A DNA stretch of 64,000 nucleotides from Nitrospirota bacterium (GTDB lineage Bacteria; Nitrospirota; Thermodesulfovibrionia; Thermodesulfovibrionales; JdFR-86). The position numbers and the translations under genes were made by a program. Shown piece after piece: positions 48,333 through 58,879 of the stretch. Position 1 is the stretch's first letter, and each line of letters begins with the position of its first letter. The stretch covers positions 352,001 to 416,000 of the forward strand of contig CAVRJY010000001.1 in assembly GCA_963721805.1 (NCBI GenBank), read 5' to 3'. The notes below the pieces were generated by a model. That model was not told where the DNA came from and did not search any database. It saw only the letters and a program-made list of their open reading frames with translations.

Positions 48333-50630
48333 CCCCGCTTCTGTGCCTGCTTGCCGGGGGAGCGTCCCCGTGGGCCGCACAGTGGTTTCCGTTCTCGATA
48401 GCGATCCTCGTCACCCTCGCCGCGATATACCTGATCAGACACCGCCGGTACGCCGCGCTTGCGTTCATGGCGCTCGGCCTCATCATAGGATTCATTCAGT
48501 TGCAGTCACCCGGCCCGAGGGTCGAGTTCGGGGACAGGCCGGTGCAGGGTCGAGGGGTATTTCGTCTCGCCGGCCGCGCGGCGCATGACCGGATACTCGC
48601 AGGAGTTCCGCGCCGTCAGGCCCGAGGGGCTCTTAAGCGCGCCTGTGCAGGTGCTCGGTGAGCGGAGGTATGACATGGGCCGCTGGCATGAGATGGCACT
48701 TGAGATCCACGGCCCCGCCGCGAGGCTCAACCCCGGCGAGCTTGACCGCAAGCCATACGCGCTGGTGCATGGCGAGCGCGAGCTGGAGCTGCCCGACCCC
48801 GGCGGGGTGGGGCTCGCCTTCGGCAGGATGCGCGAGCGCATAGACCGATACTTCGAGACGCGCTACGCGGCGGACGAGGCCGCGCTCCTAAGCTCGGTTA
48901 CGACGAGCGGCAGGGGCCTGATGAGCCCGGCGGTGCGCGCGGCGTTCTCAAACTCCGGGCTCGCGCACATGCTCAGCATCTCGGGCTCGCACTTCGGGCT
49001 CCTGATCGGGGTGCTCTATTTCATGTCGCTTCAGGGGATGAGGCTCCTTCCTGGACGGGCCCTGGAGCGCATGGCGCTATACGTCTCGGTCAGGCAGGCC
49101 GCGGCCCTGCTCACGCTCCCGGCGCTGGCGTTTTATCTGGGCCTGAGCGGGGCGAGCGTCCCGGCCCTGAGATCGGTCATGATGGTCGGGCTTACGATAT
49201 TCGGGCTGTTTCTGGGCCGCCGGGGGGACTGGCTCAACATGCTCCTGCTCGCGGCCTCGCTGATCGTGCTGTGGGACCCATCCGAACTAGGCTCACTCTC
49301 GTTCGAGCTCTCGTTTCTTGCGGTGTTGTTTATATGCATGTTCATAAAAGACAGAGAACCGGTCGAACCCGGAGAGACCGGGATCCACTGGGCGGGGCGC
49401 GCGACAATCAAGCTCAGGGACATGCTCATAGTCGGGGTCGCGGCGGTGCTCGGCACCGCGCCGCTTACCGCATACCACTTCCATAACTTCTCGGTCGTCT
49501 CGCCGGTGGCGAACCTGTTAATAGACCCCCTGATGGGCATGCTGATGGTCCCGCTGGCCCTGTTCGGCTCGATTGCCTATCTGCTGACCGGCTGGTTTCC
49601 CCTGTCGGACCTCCTTGGGCTGGTGGCCAGGTGGAGCCTGGACGCCACGCTCTGGATGGGGACGCTCAAGTACGGGGCGCTCCGGGTGCCGAACATCCCG
49701 CCCATAGCCATAGGGCTGTATTATGCCGGGTTCGTCGCGGCGTGGGCCACGCGGTTCAGGCCACGCGCATGGCTGTATGCGCTTGGCTCCGGGCTCTGCC
49801 TCGCGGCATTCGCGGCCCTGGCTCCGGCGCCGCGCATGAGCGTCACGTTTCTGGACGCCGGGCAGGCCGACGCGGCTGTCATCGAGACGGCGCGCGATAC
49901 CGTGGTCGTGGACACGGGCCGCACAGGCCGCGAGGTCGGGCGGTACCTCAGATGGCGGGGCATCGGGCATATCGACGCCCTGGCCCTGAGCCACGGCCAC
50001 GTCGACCACTGCGGCGGGACGGGATACCTTGCCGAGGCATTCGGGGTGGACGAGATATGGGACAACGGGATGCTCCAATACCCCGATGCGGTCCTCAGGA
50101 CCGCGCGCATCAGGGGCCTCAGCCGGGGCGACGTGATCAGTTCTACGGGTGGCGCGGAATTCAGCGTGTTTCACCCGCCCGTGGGGTATGAGGCCGCCGC
50201 CCGCGACGACAACAGCGATACGAACGACCACTCCCTCGTGCTCAGGCTTCATACAGGGGCGCTCTCGGTGATGTTTGGGGGCGACACCGAGGACGATGCG
50301 CTGGGGGACATGCTCTCTATAGGGCCTGACCGGCTCCACTCGCTCGTGCTCAAGGCCCCGCACCACGGGCATGTCAATTCAGAGACGGACGCGTTCCTCG
50401 ATGCGGTCGACCCGGGCTTCGTAGTGGTAAACGCCAAGATCCGGGAACCGATCGAGGACAGGCTGGCAGGTGCGCGCGTGCTGTATCCCCCGCTGGACGG
50501 CGCGGTGCGCATAGAGGAGGCCGCGTCCGGCCGCATCTCGGTGCGCGCTTACGGGGATTATCTTGTACAGCCGGCGAGTTCCGCGAAAATGGAATGGGCG
50601 AACCTCAGGCGGCTGTTCATGGCATGGTAA
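48329..50630 (+). CDS. comEC: ComEC/Rec2 competence protein (frameshift near 48570)
   Basis: HMLSISGSH, FLDAGQAD, SHGHVDHCGG, KAPHHG. Confidence 0.9.
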
Positions 50631-50652
50631 TGCTGGCGTTATTTCCCGATCA

Positions 50653-50764
50653 TGACAAAAAAATACAATGAATGTGACATAATTTGTCAGTTACAGGACC
50701 GAGCGAAAAACTTTTCCTTGATTTTAAAGCTGATTTCTGTTAAGTTCAATGGCATGGAACTTGT
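50653..50764 (+). promoter_or_regulatory. sigma54 promoter with upstream activator (PilR-like) sites
   Basis: TGACA-N5-TGTCA at 50675-50689, weaker copy at 50653; TGGCAT-N5-TTGT at 50750-50764. Confidence 0.65.
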
Positions 50765-50957
50765 ACTATACTGACCGGACCGGAAAGACCGGGGAGGGTG
50801 ATAAGGCGTAAAATTCAGCAATATAGATAGCGCAAGTATACGCAAAGGGGGTGGTCTTAAGAAGCAGGCTCTGGTATCAGGCGGGGGACTGACTGGAAGC
50901 TCAAACCCACCTGTGGCGCAGGTTCATAAAAATCCAAATTCCTCAAAAGGAGGCAGC

Positions 50958-51665
50958 ATGTTCAAGATGGTTAACAAAGTAAGGGAGCGCAAGGGTTTTA
51001 CCCTGATCGAGCTCCTCATCGTCGTGGCGATCATCGGCATTCTCGCCGCTATCGCTATCCCGGCATACCTCGGCCAGCAGAAGAAGGCCAAGGCCCGCGC
51101 GCTCGAATCCACCTGCTCCAACACCGCGAAGGCCGCATCCGCGCTGGTCACTTCGGCCAACACCCTTGACGTTTTCGTTCTTAACGTAGACCCGTCCACT
51201 CAGGCCTGTTACGCGAACATTAACAGGCAGACTGTCGACACGACCGGGACCGGCGTACAAGGTCCCGCCTGTACGGCCAAGTATTCGGCGATCGTTACTA
51301 CGGGCACATACGGCACCGTCGGCGGGGGCGCTGACCCGCACGGCGTGATGGGCATCGCTTTGGGACTCCATGCCCAGGCCTGCGGCACCCTCGCCGCTGG
51401 CGACCTCGATGCCACCGCCCCGATAGCCGATGGCGGTGCGTTCGCCGGCCTCATGGAGGTCAGCCCGTACGATCCCGGTAGGTGCATTTTACACGACGGA
51501 GTCGATACTACGGCCGCTCCATACACCGTAACAGATGCCGACGCTGGCACCTGCGTTGTCGGCTACGATGCGACCGCCGGCTCGATGCGCGTCCTGATGG
51601 TCGACGATGACGGTACCGGCAAGAAGGGCGAAGTCACGGTGTTCCCGGTCGTCGGGAGCAACTAG
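50958..51665 (+). CDS. pilA: Type IV pilin, probable major pilin
   Basis: AAGGAGG RBS; KG|FTLIELLIVVAIIGILAAIAIP; own promoter and terminator. Confidence 0.88.
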   Translation: MFKMVNKVRERKGFTLIELLIVVAIIGILAAIAIPAYLGQQKKAKARALESTCSNTAKAASALVTSANTLDVFVLNVDPSTQACYANINRQTVDTTGTGVQGPACTAKYSAIVTTGTYGTVGGGADPHGVMGIALGLHAQACGTLAAGDLDATAPIADGGAFAGLMEVSPYDPGRCILHDGVDTTAAPYTVTDADAGTCVVGYDATAGSMRVLMVDDDGTGKKGEVTVFPVVGSN

Positions 51666-51688
51666 TCTCTTATCTACAAACAACCTTA

Positions 51689-51724
51689 CGGGGCAGGGGT
51701 ATCGTACCCTGCCCCGCTTTTTTA
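51689..51724 (+). terminator. Terminator after the major pilin
   Basis: CGGGGCAGGG..CCCTGCCCCG plus T tract. Confidence 0.8.
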
Positions 51725-51743
51725 TAGGGGGACGCGCGTATAG

Positions 51744-52289
51744 ATGAAACACTCAAAGGGCTTCACCCTGATTGAACTCCTCATCGTCATAGCGATCATA
51801 GGCATACTCGCGGCCATTGCCATCCCCGCTTACCTCGGCCAGCAGAAGAAGGGCGCAAACCAGGAGGCATACGCCAACCTCCAGAGCCTCCGCGTCCTGC
51901 TCGAGCAGCGCTACGCCGAGAGCGGGAAATATCTGGACCCGCCCGACGGCACGGTATATAACTATAACGTCACCGACACCAAGCTCCAGATGCTCCAGTC
52001 CTCCGGAGGAGCCGGGCTCACCGGGTTTCAGCCCGGCAACCCCCGTGACCTGAAATTCGACTACGCGGTTGTGAGCTGCCCGACCGACAACCCGCCGGTA
52101 CCCAACAAAGGCTACGGCAAGTGCGACGCCACCGGCCTTCCGTCATGTGTCGGCGGAGGCACGCTCGCCGGACAGGCGTTCATCGCATGTGCTGTCGGCA
52201 GGGCGGGCACGCTCGTCGGGGGCTCGGGGGCTGCCAACACCGGGGCCGAGGTCTTCTGGATAAACAACTTCAACCAGAACGATTTCTGA
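51744..52289 (+). CDS. Second type IV pilin (PilE-like)
   Basis: KG|FTLIELLIVIAIIGILAAIAIP. Confidence 0.9.
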   Translation: MKHSKGFTLIELLIVIAIIGILAAIAIPAYLGQQKKGANQEAYANLQSLRVLLEQRYAESGKYLDPPDGTVYNYNVTDTKLQMLQSSGGAGLTGFQPGNPRDLKFDYAVVSCPTDNPPVPNKGYGKCDATGLPSCVGGGTLAGQAFIACAVGRAGTLVGGSGAANTGAEVFWINNFNQNDF

Positions 52290-52299
52290 TCCGCCAGCT

Positions 52300-52890
52300 G
52301 TGCGGATCGTCGTAGCCACACGCAACCGTAAGAAGGTCGAGGAGATAGCCCGCATCCTCGAAGGCACCGGTGTGCAACTGCTCTCGCTGGACGATTGCCC
52401 GGGCTGCCCCGAGGTAGTGGAGGACGCACCGGACTTCAGGGGCAATGCGGTCAAAAAGGCGCTCTCTATCATGGAGCATACCGCAGAGGCCGCGCTTGCG
52501 GACGACTCCGGCCTTGCCGTCGACGCCCTCGGCGGCGAGCCCGGCGTATACTCGGCCCGGTACTCCGGCGAGGGCGCAACGGACGCAACCAACCTGCAAA
52601 AGCTGCTCAAAGAGCTGCAGGGCGTGCCATACGACCATCGTACCGCGAGGTTCGTGTGCGTCATCGCGCTCGCTGTGCCGGGCGCACAGGCCATCACGTT
52701 CGAGGGCAGGGTCGAGGGCCGGATAGGCACAGCGCCCCGTGGCTCCAACGGGTTTGGTTACGACCCGGTGTTTTTCCCCGAAGGCCACACCCGCACTTTT
52801 GCCGAGATGTCGGCCGCTGAAAAAGACTCGATGTCGCACCGGGGCCGGGCGCTAGAGGCACTCAAACGATACCTTATAACTCTTTTGTGA
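52300..52890 (+). CDS. rdgB: XTP/dITP diphosphatase
   Basis: ATRN..K, DDSGL, FGYDP, SHR. Confidence 0.95.
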   Translation: MRIVVATRNRKKVEEIARILEGTGVQLLSLDDCPGCPEVVEDAPDFRGNAVKKALSIMEHTAEAALADDSGLAVDALGGEPGVYSARYSGEGATDATNLQKLLKELQGVPYDHRTARFVCVIALAVPGAQAITFEGRVEGRIGTAPRGSNGFGYDPVFFPEGHTRTFAEMSAAEKDSMSHRGRALEALKRYLITLL

Positions 52891-52896
52891 TACCTC

Positions 52897-53175
52897 TTTG
52901 AAAGCGCTCCAAATCGCTTGATACTGCGTTGGTCATCGAAGCCGCGCCCTCTATGTACGCCCAAGTACACCATCGGGGTGCCACGGGCACCTCTTTCCAA
53001 GGAGAGGGGCCAACCGGCCCCCTTGTCTGAAGCCGATTTGGGCGCGCTTTCGGGGGGCATGGACGAAGGACGCCTCCAGCGCCCCACAAGGTCAACGGCA
53101 TTGATGAGAGTTTAGCTAAAAAGGAAAGGGGCCTATCGGCCCCTTTTAAGTGAGAGGTGCGATTTGCACCTCGAA
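52897..53175. repeat. GTAC-hairpin element plus REPs, between convergent genes
   Basis: Same consensus; extra GGGGCCTATCGGCCCC and GAGGTGC..GCACCTC. Confidence 0.9.
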
Positions 53176-53198
53176 TATTTGCTGGGGGGCGCTGCCCG

Positions 53199-53927
53199 CT
53201 AGGCCATGCGCGTGTCGTTTATGAACAGCTGGAACTCCGCGTTGAGGGCGAGCGCGGCGCGGCGGCAGCCGGTCATGCGCGTAAGGAAGATCTCGAAGTA
53301 CTCGATCACGCGCGTGATGCGCATGTCGATCATGAGCGACAGGGTGATGGTGCGCAGCTCGGGGTCCACGGTGAGGTCGCTTTTCGTGGCCGCGTAGTTT
53401 ACGCGGTCGTGGATGTCCTCTTCGATGGCCGAGAGGGCGCGCACGCGGCTGCGGTGCACGTCGGATTTGTCAGCTATCAGGAGGGCCGCGGCGACCGGGT
53501 CAGGCTTGACGATGCCCTCGTCCTCCTCGTGCATGACGATGGCGGTCATCACCCGCCCGATTTCGGGCATCGAAAAACCGAGCTCTCCCATCAGCTCCTT
53601 GGCGATCATCGCGCCGAAGCGGTGGTGCTGGGCCCGGCCTGTCATGTTGCCGGTGTCATGGAGCATCCCGGCGCAGGCGGCGAGCTCGGCGTCGCGCGCG
53701 CTGTAGCCCAGGACCTTGAGTATGTGCTGAGCGGTCTTCGAGACTATGTCCACGTGGCGGTAGCCGTGCTCGGTATACCCGATGCCCTCGAGGTACGCGT
53801 CGGCCATCGCGATATACTGGCGGGTCTTCTCATACCGCCTGAGGTCGTCTATGCCCGGCAGGTGCGCCGTTGCCTCCGGCGCGCCGCCGGGGCTAGTCTT
53901 CGTCTGCGTCTGTTCTGATTGCTGCAA
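53199..53927 (-). CDS. HD-domain phosphohydrolase
   Basis: GYTEHG.RH, LHDTGN, ADKSDVHRSRVR, DIHDRVNYA. Confidence 0.9.
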   Translation of the reverse strand: MQQSEQTQTKTSPGGAPEATAHLPGIDDLRRYEKTRQYIAMADAYLEGIGYTEHGYRHVDIVSKTAQHILKVLGYSARDAELAACAGMLHDTGNMTGRAQHHRFGAMIAKELMGELGFSMPEIGRVMTAIVMHEEDEGIVKPDPVAAALLIADKSDVHRSRVRALSAIEEDIHDRVNYAATKSDLTVDPELRTITLSLMIDMRITRVIEYFEIFLTRMTGCRRAALALNAEFQLFINDTRMA

Positions 53928-54273
53928 TTGCGCTCCGCTCGAACTTGATCTTGACGTTCTCGGCGACCTTGACCGTGATGGTCCTTGCGCCGACCTGCTC
54001 GACGAGGCCGAATATCCCGCTTGAGGTCATGACCTTGTCGCCCTTCTTCAGGGTCTCGAGCATGGCCTTGTGTTCCTTGGCCCGCTTCTGCTGCGGCCTG
54101 ATGAGCAGGAAGTAGAAGATAACGAAGATCACTACGAGGGGCAGGAAGCTCATTAGCGAGTTCGCCGTCCCGCCCTGAGGAGCGCCCCCGGCCTGCTGCG
54201 GCGCCTGCCCCATCGCCCATAGCGCGGCGGGCGTGCAAAGCAGAGCGCAAATCGATGCGAGTATCCTTTTCAT
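53893..54273 (-). CDS. yajC: Preprotein translocase subunit YajC
   Basis: FYFLLIRPQQKR, LKKGDKV.T; GGAGG RBS before ATG 54273. Confidence 0.95.
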   Translation of the reverse strand: MKRILASICALLCTPAALWAMGQAPQQAGGAPQGGTANSLMSFLPLVVIFVIFYFLLIRPQQKRAKEHKAMLETLKKGDKVMTSSGIFGLVEQVGARTITVKVAENVKIKFERSAIAAIRTDADED

Positions 54274-54379
54274 AAACGAAAACACCTCCCGTTGGTTGGT
54301 CATGTATATTAATCGCAAACACCGGCCATAATCAACGGGGGGCCGACTGGGGGGCCGACCGGCCCCTCCTCCTATGCTT

Positions 54380-55774
54380 TTATCGCCCAGCCGCCGACAA
54401 GTTCAGAAGGGCTGTGGTGACATCGGCGATGACTTGTGTCCAGTCCCCCATTGAAGACTGGTGGAAAAGCCGCATGGTTCCCGGATACCACGGCGAATCC
54501 TCACGGTCCGTGAGCCAGCGCCAGTCAGCCATGTATGCAGGCAGCAGGACCCAGCACGGTTTCCCCATCGCACCGGCCAGATGCGCGACTGCCGTATCGA
54601 CACAGATGACCAGATCGAGGTTCGCCACCACGGCGGCGGTATCCGCGAAGTCGCCCAGCTTCGACCCAAGCTCGACGAGGGGCTGCTCATCGCGCAGCCT
54701 TGCGGCCTCATCCTCGCCGCCTCCCTTTTGGAGGCTGATGAAACTCACGCCGGATACGGTCCATAGGGGCGCAAGCAGCCGAAGCGTCGGCAGGGACCGC
54801 TCCGCGTCGTTTTCGAACCTCGGGTTGCCCTTCCATACCAGCCCGGCCCGGAGCCCGTGCGAAGGGACCATCGGCTGCCACTTTGCGATGCGCTCGGCTG
54901 TGGCATGCAGATAGGGGATTGCCGCCGGGATAGTATCGATGCGCGTATCGCAATAATATGGGATGCTCAGCGGCGGGCTCCAGAAGTCCCAGCCCGATTC
55001 CGGGATATGCTCGTCCAGTGCGATAACGGCGTCCACGCCATCGAGCGTCTCAAACAGCGCCTTCAGGGCCGGGTGGCAGAGGATCGTGACCGATGCCGCC
55101 CCCCGCCCCCTGAGCACTGCCGCATACCGGCTAAACTGGATCATGTCCCCGTGGCCGGCCTCGATGCCGATGAGTATGGATTTTCCGGTGAGGGACTCGC
55201 CCCGCCAGCGCGGGCAGCGCATGCGTGCGGCCAGGGCCGCATACCAGTCGCGGGCCTCAAGGCAGCGCCAGCCTTCCTCGAACCTGCCCTGTCTAAGCAG
55301 AAGATAGCTCAGGTTGTAGCGGGCCTTCGCGTATGACTCATCGAGCTGCAGGGCTGTGCGAAAACAACTCTCGGCATCGTCCTCGCGCTTCATGCAGGCA
55401 TACAGCACCCCGAGGTTCGACCAGCCCGCGCCCGATGAGGCAGGGCCGAGCGCGATAGCCTGCCTGTATGCCGCCTCTGCCTCGCTGAAGCGTTTATTCA
55501 GCGCGAGCAGGGCCCCGAGGTTTAGGTGGGTTTGCGGGTTCGTGGGGTCAAGCTCGATGGAACGCCGATACCCTGCCTCTGCGGCATCCGTCATGCCCCG
55601 CTTGCCCAGGAGATAGCCCAGGTTGGCATGGGCCTCGGCAAGCTCCGGCGCGATCCGCACCGCCTTGCTGAAGCGGTCTTCTGCGCCGGCGTCATCGCCC
55701 GCCTGCATCCTGCGGACACCCTCGAAGAACAGGGCCTCTGCGCGTCTGACCGAGGCGCTATCGCGGCTTCCCAT
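54380..55774 (-). CDS. TPR protein with C-terminal GT9-like glycosyltransferase domain
   Basis: TPR repeats; G.GD.IQF.RY, DLVICVDTAVAHLAGA, DWRW, SPWY. Confidence 0.88.
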   Translation of the reverse strand: MGSRDSASVRRAEALFFEGVRRMQAGDDAGAEDRFSKAVRIAPELAEAHANLGYLLGKRGMTDAAEAGYRRSIELDPTNPQTHLNLGALLALNKRFSEAEAAYRQAIALGPASSGAGWSNLGVLYACMKREDDAESCFRTALQLDESYAKARYNLSYLLLRQGRFEEGWRCLEARDWYAALAARMRCPRWRGESLTGKSILIGIEAGHGDMIQFSRYAAVLRGRGAASVTILCHPALKALFETLDGVDAVIALDEHIPESGWDFWSPPLSIPYYCDTRIDTIPAAIPYLHATAERIAKWQPMVPSHGLRAGLVWKGNPRFENDAERSLPTLRLLAPLWTVSGVSFISLQKGGGEDEAARLRDEQPLVELGSKLGDFADTAAVVANLDLVICVDTAVAHLAGAMGKPCWVLLPAYMADWRWLTDREDSPWYPGTMRLFHQSSMGDWTQVIADVTTALLNLSAAGR

Positions 55775-55956
55775 TACAATTACCCTCTCGCCGTTCCTTG
55801 TGAGCGGAATGGGCCTTCCGGTCCCACGTGGCGCCCTCCAGTTTCAAAATAAAGGGCAAAACCTGTAAAATAGTGAATCGCGCCTGTACCGGATACTGCG
55901 GGCGCGTTGATAGCGGGGGCGTATGAATCTTTTTTCTGCATGGAAAGAGGTGCCTC

Positions 55957-56426
55957 ATGGTTCAAAGAGTCGTTGCGTTGTTGCTTGCCTTTGTCATCAT
56001 GATCCCGGCCATCGCGTTCGCGGCCGATGAGACTCCCCCCCGATCGCTCCTCTCGCCCCTGTCGGAGGCGCGGTCGAGCCCGGTGGCGGAGAGATAAACA
56101 AGCCCGCGGTCCGCAGGGTCGAGGTGCAGGAATCCCATGATATCTATCGCGAGCTGGCAGGAGGCTTTCTCCTCGGCGCGCTTGTCGGCGGCGGCATCAA
56201 CCAGATCGGCCGCATGGATGCGATGGCGCCGATGATACTCGGCGGCGCGGCAGTCGGCACGCTGGTTGGACTGATCTATCATTACACCGGCCGCAGCGCC
56301 CTTATGACGGTCGACAGCGGCCAGATGAAGCTGGCGATGCCTGTGGTGCTCCCTGACGACCAGAGGATGACCTTCGGAAGCAAGGACGTCGCGGTCAGGA
56401 TGAACCTGCTCACTATAAATTACTAA
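55957..56426 (+). CDS. Exported glycine-zipper-like protein (apparent frameshift near 56040-56100)
   Basis: Signal peptide MVQRVVALLLAFVIMIPAIAFA; continues in ORF 56124-56426. Confidence 0.55.
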
Positions 56427-57046
56427 TCAGCCCCCTGACGAGGGCCAGGATCGAGGCGGCGACCTCATCCGGGTTAGCGGAGGCATCCACGCGTCTGACG
56501 CGCGCGGGCTCGGACTCCATGATATGCAGAAACCCCTCGCGCACCTTGCGGTGAAACTCCAGCGGCTCGGCCTCGAAACGGTCGTGCTTCCCGGCCGCCC
56601 GGTTCCTGGCGGTGCCAGCCTCCGGCGCCATGTCCAGAAGTATCGTGAGGTCCGGCCTGAGCCCACCGGTCGCTATGCGGTCGACCTCGGCTATCAGCGC
56701 CGCATCGAGCCCCCTCGCATGGCCCTGATACGCGAGCGTCGAGTCCGAGAACCTGTCCGAGACCACTACCTCGCCGCGCCCGAGCGCCGGGCTTATCAGC
56801 TCCTCGACGTGCTGCCTCCGGGCGGCCGCGTACAGCAGCAGTTCTGCGACCGGGTCCATCGCCCCATGAGCAGGATTTAACAGCACCGCCCTGATCTCGC
56901 GGCCTATCGGCGTGCCGCCCGGCTCTGACCGTATGCACCGCCTTGATGCCCTCGGCCAAGAGCGCCTCCACGAGCCTCCGGGCCTGGGTCGATTTCCCCG
57001 CGCCCTCGATGCCCTCAAGCGTTATGAGCAGCCCCCGGCGTGGCAT
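56413..57046 (-). CDS. tmk: Thymidylate kinase (frameshift near 56930)
   Basis: EGIEGAGKST, EPGGT, DRFSDSTLAYQG. Confidence 0.93.
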
Positions 57047-58053
57047 CAGCCCAGCGACTCCCGGAGCCGCATCAGGATCTGAAAGGCCTTGAGCGACTGC
57101 GCGACGCTCAGCGAGCCTGTGCCGCACGAGGGCGTAAGCAGGATGCGCTCGCGGAGCAGCGACTCAGGCACCTTGCGGCTGAGCGCTCCCATGCGTTCGT
57201 CGAATATCCTGCGGATCGAGTCCGGGTCCTCCGAGTCGATAGCCTCGGTCGTCGGCACTATGCCCCAGGCCAGGTACCCCCCGCCCTTTAAAAACCCGGT
57301 GATCTCATCAGGATATATCGCGAGCGTGTCGCCGTAGCCGTAGGCGTCGAAGTTCAGTATCGAGATCCCCGTCGAAAGCAGCATGCCCCAGTCCGCGCGG
57401 CCGCAGCAGTGGATGGCCGGGATGCCTCCGGCCTTCTTTATCGCCTCCGAAAGCGAGCTTATCAGCCTGACCGTCTCCGCCTCTTCCACGCCCATGTAAG
57501 CGGTGCTCCCGAGCGCCGAGACTATTGGCTCGTCGATGAAGATGATGACCTGCGAGGCATGCCGCCCGAGGGCCTCGATCTGCCAGCGGGCCTTGGCCTG
57601 AAGCAGCATCAGCGCGATCTCCCTGAGTTCCTCGTCAAAGTATATCGCCCGGCCCTCGCGGTCCGTAAGCCCCAGCGTGAAGGTCAGCGGCCCGGTGACG
57701 TGGCCCTTCAGGAAATCGAACCGCCGCGTCTTTATAAGGTCCAAAAAGGCATAGAGCCCCTGCGCGTGGTCGCGCGATATCGCTATCCTGGCCCCCTCGC
57801 CGCAGTTCTCGTGAAAGCGCGCGATCTGCTCCTCGTCGCGCTCGACCCAGACCGAGCCCTTCGACTCGTCGCTGCGGAGCGAGGGCATGCCCTCGCTGTA
57901 CTGCGGGATCATCTGCTCTCTGAACGATACCGCGGGCAGCTGCGGCCAGAACGGTATGTCGAAGCTCTTCAGGCAGAACTCGGCGGCCTGTACGGGATCT
58001 TTCACGGGGAGGGTGCCGATGCCGGTCGTACTATATGGGGGAATAGTCATCAT
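57046..58053 (-). CDS. Single-domain (core) methionine synthase-like protein
   Basis: TGIGTLP, PFWPQLP, GPLT, DEP, HCCG, TPSCG zinc ligands. Confidence 0.75.
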   Translation of the reverse strand: MMTIPPYSTTGIGTLPVKDPVQAAEFCLKSFDIPFWPQLPAVSFREQMIPQYSEGMPSLRSDESKGSVWVERDEEQIARFHENCGEGARIAISRDHAQGLYAFLDLIKTRRFDFLKGHVTGPLTFTLGLTDREGRAIYFDEELREIALMLLQAKARWQIEALGRHASQVIIFIDEPIVSALGSTAYMGVEEAETVRLISSLSEAIKKAGGIPAIHCCGRADWGMLLSTGISILNFDAYGYGDTLAIYPDEITGFLKGGGYLAWGIVPTTEAIDSEDPDSIRRIFDERMGALSRKVPESLLRERILLTPSCGTGSLSVAQSLKAFQILMRLRESLG

Positions 58054-58082
58054 CGGGTATTTTATCCTATCGCGAGGCTTTC

Positions 58083-58619
58083 TTCAAAGCGCTCCAAATC
58101 GCTTGATACTGCGTTGGGCATTGAAGACTCGCCCTCTATGTACGCCCAAGTACACCATCGGGCGGTCTTCTCGCCCTGCCTAGTCTGAAGCCGATTTGGG
58201 CGCGCTTTCGGGGGGCACGGAAGAAGGTCGCCCCCCGCGCCCCACAAGGTCAAAGGTGTGTTCGGATGCTCGCGCTTAGGTATAGTTACGCATACCGCGC
58301 GCGCGCGTTTTATTTTATGTGTTCGGATGTTTGAGGCAAATACGCGGATAAGCCCCTGGAAAACATCGTTTTTCCGAGTCCGGCGCTGTTCGGATGTTCG
58401 AATAATTCGCGCGGTTTTCGACCCTGCCTCCGAAAACGCGTCGATGCCCGCTTCATTCGTTGCCCCGCCCATTGGATATGCGATTATCTTGCTCATAGCA
58501 CCACTATACAACAAACAATGCGATACTTTGGTTTATATATAAACCGAAGTTGATAGTAAAAATTGATGCCCGTGCGTTTTCAACTAACTTACGATTAACC
58601 AAAGTTTATGAGTGAGGCC
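58083..58619 (-). repeat. Long (~535 bp) form of the GTAC-hairpin element
   Basis: Reverse-complement homolog of 2959-3503. Confidence 0.88.
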
Positions 58620-58879
58620 GGCAGAGAGTTCGAACCAACCGAATCCGGCAGGATATCCGCGCAGTGATAATGAGAATCACAGTCGCCCGCAGCGGGTTAA
58701 CTGCGCTTTCCCAATAAGCCATTGATGTTACCCCATCCCCGGCGGACATTACGATTTGTAACATAAGCTGATTGCCCTCCCCAAATATTCCTTTAAAATC
58801 AATGGATAGCCCTCTGGCAGCCTATTTGCTTGGTTTATCGCATGGTTACGTTACATTCATCCGGGGCTCTGAGTTGCTG

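Noticed and set aside
50958..51665. Conductive e-pilin
   Set aside because: The pilin is long and not aromatic-dense, unlike the short Geobacter-type e-pilins.
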